In this document: positions 58,318 through 64,000 of the stretch, piece after piece
Layout: every line of letters starts with the position of its first letter
Position numbering within the stretch: position 1 is the first letter of the stretch
Virus record (IMG/VR): IMGVR_UViG_3300036772_000294
Span: 15,824-79,823 of that record
Reading direction: 5' to 3' (one strand)
DNA length: 64,000 nucleotides
Origin: a virus
Position numbers and translations under genes: made by a program
Notes under the pieces: model-generated
The model's input: the letters and a program-made list of their open reading frames with translations, nothing else
Databases searched by the model: none
Told to the model about the DNA's origin: nothing

Positions 58318-59631
58318 TTAGAAAAGGTCCACTGTTAGAGATTCCAGGCCCAAAGCATGCTCGAGCTCTCTATCAGCAGCAGCAATGACATCAGCAAACG
58401 TCATTTCATCGCCACCGAACATATCGCCCACGGCAGAGCCGCTTTTCAAAAGCTGGTTGTTTATCTCTTTTGCCAGGATTTTGAACGCTTCTCCCATTCG
58501 TTTTGCCGACCGGTTATTACGGATGATGAACATGGCTAAGACTGCCGTCTCAGGCGCTACATCCCCGAATAACCCTTTTTGACGAACGATCTCATCAATG
58601 GACTGGCCGCTATACTTTGCACTGCGCACCAGTTCCGTTGCTTCGACTAAAGCGTTCATAGCTTTCTTATCCAGCGTCTCGACTGAATCGGCCAGCGAAC
58701 TCACGACCTGTTTGTGAACTTCACCGGACAAATACTGCATTTCTACGAAATCAGGCGCAGCCATATTCATCGCAGTGAGGACGTTCCTGATTTCAGGGTC
58801 CGGCTCTTCAGCCACTAAACGCACCAAACGTTCATTGCGATATGCCTTGGCGAAAATGGCATTTTGCATGCGGTCCACCAGCTGCTTCGTTGGCCTCCCG
58901 TCTGGCGTGACAAGCCCAGCGGTCGCTGTATCGCCCAATGCCTTCATGAAACCCTGCACAAAGGCCTGGTTAGACCTGGCTAACAGGTTTCCGCCTTCGC
59001 TTGGCTGAAAGGCCGCCATTAGCTCTGTATCGATGGATTCAGCGTCGAGCCAGGCTTTTTCACTCGCGGCCATTTCCTGCAAATCAGACATATTGGAGTC
59101 TTTAGCAAACTGAGCGCGATCCACTGCATCCAGCCGCACCCGGACGAGTACAGGGGCATTCATTGCTGAAATATCCGTGTCGTTCAGGCCATAAGCTGAG
59201 GCGTTCGCAATGAGAAACTGCCTGTAAGACGATGCGCTTCCTTCAGCATAGGCTTTCAGAATGCCCATCGACCTTCCGTTACCGGATTCAACTACCTGAT
59301 CAGGTCCAATAATGGGGGCACCGTGGCTAGATAAACCAGAGTCTGTTAGCTGCGCGGGTCTGAGCTCGTTAGCTATTTTTCGTACCTGCAGAAGGCTTGT
59401 CATTCGGGTTCGGTCCCGAGGTTGCAGCTCTTGAGGGAAATTAGGGTTTATTCTTCCGTCCAGGGTATTGGAAATTATGAGAGAGGTAGCTTCCACTACC
59501 TTAAAGGCGGTTTTTACTTCATCCCCCCGCGCCGTCACGACAAACGTTGTTCTACCCAATTTTTGAGTCAAAGTGAGGAGGGCGCTTATCACGCCCTTGA
59601 CGTCGGTTGCTGCACTGATAGCGGTATTCAT
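58318..59631 (-). CDS. ddrB: DdrB-like protein (ParB-like nuclease domain)
   Basis: ELQPRDR, GAPII....VVESGNGR; synteny in the dar operon; shorter than P1 DdrB. Confidence 0.8.
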   Translation of the reverse strand: MNTAISAATDVKGVISALLTLTQKLGRTTFVVTARGDEVKTAFKVVEATSLIISNTLDGRINPNFPQELQPRDRTRMTSLLQVRKIANELRPAQLTDSGLSSHGAPIIGPDQVVESGNGRSMGILKAYAEGSASSYRQFLIANASAYGLNDTDISAMNAPVLVRVRLDAVDRAQFAKDSNMSDLQEMAASEKAWLDAESIDTELMAAFQPSEGGNLLARSNQAFVQGFMKALGDTATAGLVTPDGRPTKQLVDRMQNAIFAKAYRNERLVRLVAEEPDPEIRNVLTAMNMAAPDFVEMQYLSGEVHKQVVSSLADSVETLDKKAMNALVEATELVRSAKYSGQSIDEIVRQKGLFGDVAPETAVLAMFIIRNNRSAKRMGEAFKILAKEINNQLLKSGSAVGDMFGGDEMTFADVIAAADRELEHALGLESLTVDLF

Positions 59632-59638
59632 TTTGCTC

Positions 59639-59974
59639 CTATGCAGCTATAGCTTCCGGGTTTTCTTCTATCCAGGAGACTGCGCCAGCCTTTATTTCAT
59701 CGAGAGAGATAAACTGATCCAGCCACTGGCCAACTTCTTCGACGGTCTTACAGAATGCTACTGCTGGCTGCTTTCTGAAGGCGTTCGCTTTAAAGTCGAG
59801 GACCAGTTGAGGGACCGTCACATCACGCTGTGAGGCTCCGAGCTGGTTAATGATCTCGACATATTGCGATTGAAGTTCCAGACGCTCCATTAGGTCGGTG
59901 GTTTCGCTGATTTTAGTTATCAGCTCAACCCCGCTTTGCTGCAGGTCAAGTTTTTCTATCAGGCTAAGACTCAT
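59639..59974 (-). CDS. ddrA: DdrA-like protein
   Basis: Synteny darA-ddrA-ddrB; size. Confidence 0.7.
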   Translation of the reverse strand: MSLSLIEKLDLQQSGVELITKISETTDLMERLELQSQYVEIINQLGASQRDVTVPQLVLDFKANAFRKQPAVAFCKTVEEVGQWLDQFISLDEIKAGAVSWIEENPEAIAA

Positions 59975-61743
59975 GCGGCCTCCTGGCGTTTCATGGTGCC
60001 TTGCATGAGCTCGGTAATATGAGCTGAGGCCTGGCTCATGAGATCGTCATAGGTGCTCGCCTCTCCGGCTTCCTGGATGGTGACAAGCGCGGAACGCATT
60101 TTGCCTATAATTTCTTTAAGCTCGGCGCTGCTGGCCTCTTTAACCTTGATTATGTCATTGAGGATTGCGGCGGCGGCAACCACGGCTGCGTTCTTCTGCT
60201 GGGCCTGCTCGTCCACCTCCGGCTCCGTTGGCTCCACTTCTTTCCCTACAGGCTTATTAGCGTGCTCGTTTCCCCTGATAACCTGGTTCCAGATGTCGGA
60301 AACATCGCTTGCAGAACTGTACCCGGCCTCGGCCATTGCCTTTTGGAATTCTTTCGGGGCATATTTCCCATTTGCATCAACAAACGGATTGAGATCAACC
60401 ATGGCGCCGGCTGGCTTGATGTAGGTAGTGAAGAATGCCCCTGCATCTTGAGCTGTGTCGGTTTCATATGCTTGTTTCATCAACTCACGTAGCAATTCAA
60501 GTTTTGCCGCACGGCTGGACGGTGTTTCTACGTTCGCAAAATCCACCAGCTCAAAATTGCTGATTTCGTCTTTGCTCAGTGGGGCCGGATAAACAATAAC
60601 CCCGTGCCGGAATAAGTCGGAGTCAGTTATGCCGTTCAGAGAAGGCACTTGCTTAGACACTTCTTGCGGTTGAATTACAGCTGTCCAGCCGTCGGGCACA
60701 GCGCCGGGGCTTACCGGGCGAGCTTTCAGACCATAGTAATAACTCTTTAACGACTCACTTGGCATGTTGTTAGCCATCTTCTCAGAAGCGGGTTCTGGAA
60801 TAGCTGAAGAAATATCTTTTTCGGCTGGGTCGGACTGTTGAGGAGTGTTCGGTGAGTTTTCAGGGCCATCTAATACGATATTGCTACGGAGTGCCTTCTT
60901 GCGGGCTTCGATTTGAGCGCGGAGATCGTCGTTCGTTGCCGCCTGCTTGTCTGCCAGCTCGCGATAATTTGTTGCGTCAGAATTCAGGAGCGCAGCTTTG
61001 TTCTGTAGCTCATCACCCTCCTCGATTAGTTCACGCTGCTGCGTGGTTAGTTTTTCTGCCTCATCGGAAAGATCGTTGATCTCAACCAGCAACTTTGCAT
61101 TTTTATCTTTCGACGCCTTAAAACGCTCTGAGTTGCGTTCTACGAGGTTTGCAAGTGCGAGGCATACTTGTTTTAACGAAATGTCTTTTCCGCGGGCAGG
61201 GGCTACGACGTGCGTTATATCGCGCTTATTCAGCATGAATCTGAATGCCACCAAAACGTCATTCGCCTTTATCTTCTCAGGATCGTTAGACGGGCTGTGG
61301 AAGATTACGGTTATGCTCTGCCCGTCGCTAAGAGGTATGCGAGCAGGGATAATGGCAAAGCCTGATGTCTTGCGAACTCTGCCAACCTCTGCTCCACCGA
61401 TCACGGTCGCGTCTTCAGCGGCTTCACCCTTGTCAGAAACCCCGGCGGTAATACCTGACGCGCTTAATTGGGCATTGAGTGCCCGGTTAAAAGCTTTCAT
61501 CGTATTAACAAGCCTGACGCGGGAGGTGGTAATAGCTTCCAGCATCATCGATTCGCTTTCACAAAGCTGGGTATCGACAAAGTATGTGGCCACGATTTCT
61601 TCAAGCGTCACCGACTCGAGCATCATGTGACGTCCGCGGTCATCGTAAAGCTCAGCAATTGTTTCGTCTGAAATATGGGTGGTGAAGCGATCGACAACAT
61701 CAACAACGGGAATGCGCTGCTGAATACTAAATTTCATGTCCAT
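59971..61743 (-). CDS. darA: DarA antirestriction head protein
   Basis: MLES/MLEA processing motifs; LSDGQSITVIFHSP; LNKRDITHVVAP. Confidence 0.88.
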   Translation of the reverse strand: MDMKFSIQQRIPVVDVVDRFTTHISDETIAELYDDRGRHMMLESVTLEEIVATYFVDTQLCESESMMLEAITTSRVRLVNTMKAFNRALNAQLSASGITAGVSDKGEAAEDATVIGGAEVGRVRKTSGFAIIPARIPLSDGQSITVIFHSPSNDPEKIKANDVLVAFRFMLNKRDITHVVAPARGKDISLKQVCLALANLVERNSERFKASKDKNAKLLVEINDLSDEAEKLTTQQRELIEEGDELQNKAALLNSDATNYRELADKQAATNDDLRAQIEARKKALRSNIVLDGPENSPNTPQQSDPAEKDISSAIPEPASEKMANNMPSESLKSYYYGLKARPVSPGAVPDGWTAVIQPQEVSKQVPSLNGITDSDLFRHGVIVYPAPLSKDEISNFELVDFANVETPSSRAAKLELLRELMKQAYETDTAQDAGAFFTTYIKPAGAMVDLNPFVDANGKYAPKEFQKAMAEAGYSSASDVSDIWNQVIRGNEHANKPVGKEVEPTEPEVDEQAQQKNAAVVAAAAILNDIIKVKEASSAELKEIIGKMRSALVTIQEAGEASTYDDLMSQASAHITELMQGTMKRQEAA

Positions 61744-61745
61744 GG

Positions 61746-62372
61746 CTATTGTTGCTCCCCGGATAAGTTTGCCAGCTCTTGAGTAAGCGTTACTGTTACA
61801 GCTCGCTCACTCTCCAGGCGTTTCTTCTCCTTATCGATGTCATTTTTAGCCGTGGCTATCGCTTCATTTTGCGTCGATAAAATTTTGCGAAGCTCATCGA
61901 TATGAGTTTGCAGCTGCTCGACAACGGCACGGCCCTCGCGCGCGCGCTCCCGTGATGTTTTGCTTGCCGGTCGTGCAGCTACCCGATTCACAACCTGCTT
62001 AGTTTTACGGGCCAGGCTTTTAGCGAAACGAGGCGCTTCAGCTTTTATTGCCGTTGCGAGTGATTTAGCGTAGGCATTGAGTTTTTCAGATTGTTGAATG
62101 GGGATGATTTTGCCATTCAATTTGGTTTGGATGATGTCGCCGGCATCCCCGACCAGTATCGCTATCTCCTGCTGATCTTCGCATCTGAGTACAGCAATTT
62201 TGGTTTGAAGGCCGTCTTTACGCCGTGCTCGGTTGTCGGCTTCAATTCCAGCAATATTCACCTTGTTGCGCTTCAGAGCTGTAACCAGCTCCTTTAGACC
62301 TTTCTCAGTAATCTGATCAAAGGTCAGGAGAGCATAACTTTTGCCATTTTTTGAAAAGCGTTCATCAGCCAT
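61746..62372 (-). CDS. hdf: Hdf (DarA-homologous fragment)
   Basis: D.Q.I...V...GDI....LNGK.IP; synteny. Confidence 0.85.
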   Translation of the reverse strand: MADERFSKNGKSYALLTFDQITEKGLKELVTALKRNKVNIAGIEADNRARRKDGLQTKIAVLRCEDQQEIAILVGDAGDIIQTKLNGKIIPIQQSEKLNAYAKSLATAIKAEAPRFAKSLARKTKQVVNRVAARPASKTSRERAREGRAVVEQLQTHIDELRKILSTQNEAIATAKNDIDKEKKRLESERAVTVTLTQELANLSGEQQ

Positions 62373-62796
62373 GAGTCAGGTCCTCCGGGTTAATTCTTAC
62401 AGCGAGGGATTTGGTGTAAGTGAGAGGGAAAATTTTGTAGAGCGGATTCCACATCGAGTATCCATAGATGACCTTGATGTAGAGCTCCCATTGGCCAGCG
62501 GTTGCAATCTGATGTTTGTTTATCTCCAGGTATTCATTGTTCGCGCCGACAGCTGAGAAATCGAGCGTTCGGCTCTTGCCCTTAATGACGGTTTTTGGCT
62601 GGTTTTTATCTCGTAAAGAGTAATCAACCTGCGCGCCATGCAAGCGGTAGCCAATCGTATGAAACGACAGCTCAAAGCGAATTGCTTTTTCGCTACTGCT
62701 GGCACGTTTAACAGAGATAGTCTTAATCTTTTTTCGGCGCAGAATTGCACGGTCGAAAAAGACCAGGGCTAAAAATATAAGAAAATACATGGTCAT
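62365..62796 (-). CDS. lydB: antiholin LydB-like
   Basis: N-terminal TM; S.WNPLY.IFP motif; synteny. Confidence 0.78.
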   Translation of the reverse strand: MTMYFLIFLALVFFDRAILRRKKIKTISVKRASSSEKAIRFELSFHTIGYRLHGAQVDYSLRDKNQPKTVIKGKSRTLDFSAVGANNEYLEINKHQIATAGQWELYIKVIYGYSMWNPLYKIFPLTYTKSLAVRINPEDLTHG

Positions 62797-63110
62797 GATT
62801 TTGCACCTCTGATGTATGCGATAAACGCATCTCTAGCATTGCTAATGAATTTTTTCCCGGCGTGAATGACTTCGATTCCGTTATTGCTACAGCACAAAAC
62901 AGCGAGAAACATCGCTGGGTCTTCCCAACCCTTGTATTGCCCGAGGTAGAACCCACTGAGGCCGCCGATCTGAGCTAGAACAAGCTCTGTAGTGAGATCA
63001 AGCCACCCACCTTTTAACCGGCCCGTTCGTCGACCATAGAGGTAGACGCCCAGGCCACATAAAAAGGACAGGCAGATGGTTGTCAGTAGTTGTGAAGAAA
63101 TTGAAAGCAC
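62793..63110 (-). CDS. lydA: holin LydA-like
   Basis: Three hydrophobic segments; SNNG.E motif; synteny. Confidence 0.8.
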   Translation of the reverse strand: MLSISSQLLTTICLSFLCGLGVYLYGRRTGRLKGGWLDLTTELVLAQIGGLSGFYLGQYKGWEDPAMFLAVLCCSNNGIEVIHAGKKFISNARDAFIAYIRGAKS

Positions 63111-63222
63111 CCCTATTTACCTCCGCGCTTTAGCCGCAGCGAATGTAGCAACAGGGTGCATTGTGGAAACAGGAGTAGAGGGGTTGTTTCTGAGATAAAA
63201 CTAGATTTTATTATGAATTAGT

Positions 63223-63807
63223 TTAAGGCATGTCTTTTGCAGCAGGAGATCGTGATACAGGGTGCAGTTTATAGATGGTTGATACTGCTACACCATAAAT
63301 AAGGGCTACTTCACGGCGCGAATGGCCATTTGCCAGGAGACGTCCGGCCTGAGCTACTTTGTCATCGGTCATTATTTTTCTTCTTCCGCCGATTCGGCCT
63401 TCTTTACGAGCCGCTTCCAGCCCAGCTTTTGTCCTCTCGATGATCAATTCTCTTTCCATTTCGGCCAGCGCCGACATGACATGAAAGAAAAACCGGCCGC
63501 TTGTTGTCCCTGTATCAATATTATCGGTAAGGCTACGAAAATGGATGCCGGAATTTTGTAAGCCAGAGACAAGAGTTATCAAATGTTGAACACTACGGCC
63601 TAGTCGATCTAGCTTCCATACGACTAAAGAATCACCTTCCTTTATAAGCTTCAGGGCCTTTTTTAAACCGGGTCTTACAGCGACCTTACCGCTCATTTTA
63701 TCTTCAAATATTAGTTCACATCCTGACCGCTCAAGTGCTTCACGTTGTAAAGCAGTGTTTTGGTCATTTGTTGACACCCTAACATAGCCAATTTGCATAA
63801 TATTCAA
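63223..63807 (-). CDS. cin: serine DNA invertase (Cin/Gin/Hin family)
   Basis: IGYVRVST.DQ, VWKLDRLGRS, ALAEMERELI.ERT..GL..AR. Confidence 0.95.
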   Translation of the reverse strand: MNIMQIGYVRVSTNDQNTALQREALERSGCELIFEDKMSGKVAVRPGLKKALKLIKEGDSLVVWKLDRLGRSVQHLITLVSGLQNSGIHFRSLTDNIDTGTTSGRFFFHVMSALAEMERELIIERTKAGLEAARKEGRIGGRRKIMTDDKVAQAGRLLANGHSRREVALIYGVAVSTIYKLHPVSRSPAAKDMP

Positions 63808-63861
63808 CCACTAATTGTTCAGGTAATTCTTCGTGCGGGTATGGTCGTAGATTCAGCCTGC

Positions 63862-63887
63862 AAAGGCAAAACGTTGGTTTAGGGGAA
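63862..63887. other. cix/gix-type invertase crossover site
   Basis: Minus strand TTCCCCTAAACC-AA-CGTTTTGCCTTT, just upstream of cin. Confidence 0.8.
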
Positions 63888-64000
63888 TCAACTTTTGGTT
63901 TTCAAAACTGCGCCACTTTTATTGATGCCGGGGTCTATGAATGGTCTGTACCTGATGCTGTCAAAAATGGTCGGCGATGTCGGGTTATTGTGAAAGGCGG
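63870..64000 (+). CDS. silent variable tail-fibre cassette (Sv'), 5' part, no start codon, runs off the window
   Basis: Open frame NVGLGESTFGFQNCATFIDAGVYEWSVPDAVKNGRRCRVIVKG starting at the cix site. Confidence 0.7.

Overview
This window is about two-thirds of a P1-like phage-plasmid (extrachromosomal prophage) of an Enterobacterales host. It is diverged from P1 but keeps recognisable P1 gene blocks. These are upfB-upfC-hrdC; tail/baseplate genes 5-6-24-7-25-26; mat-ref; cre plus a lox-type site, coi and c1; pacB-pacA with the pac site; lpa-pdcB; lxc-ulx-darB-prt-pro; the immI region (c4-icd) and repL; repA with iterons; and ddrB-ddrA-darA-hdf-lydB-lydA-cin plus a cix site and the start of a silent tail-fibre cassette. 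Accessory content includes an 8 kb cargo island (Tn3 remnant, AAA ATPase, autotransporter, LuxR regulator, invasin pseudogene), two partition systems (ParMR and type Ib ParA-RHH), several type II TA modules and several morons. The most notable signals are not in the ORF track: (1) three C4-type antisense RNAs with different targeting loops, two of them in a tandem array with no local target; (2) a new 34-bp lox-type site next to an intact Cre homolog; (3) two divergent type I toxin/sRNA pairs (timP/timR-like and TisB-like), each with 18-nt complementarity; (4) a 23-bp operator repeated about 11 times; (5) about 9 dispersed palindromic centromere-like sites; (6) a tandemly duplicated replication origin; (7) a 1-nt frameshift that disrupts the o-spanin. 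Gene names come from recalled sequence similarity and synteny with P1; no database searches were run.
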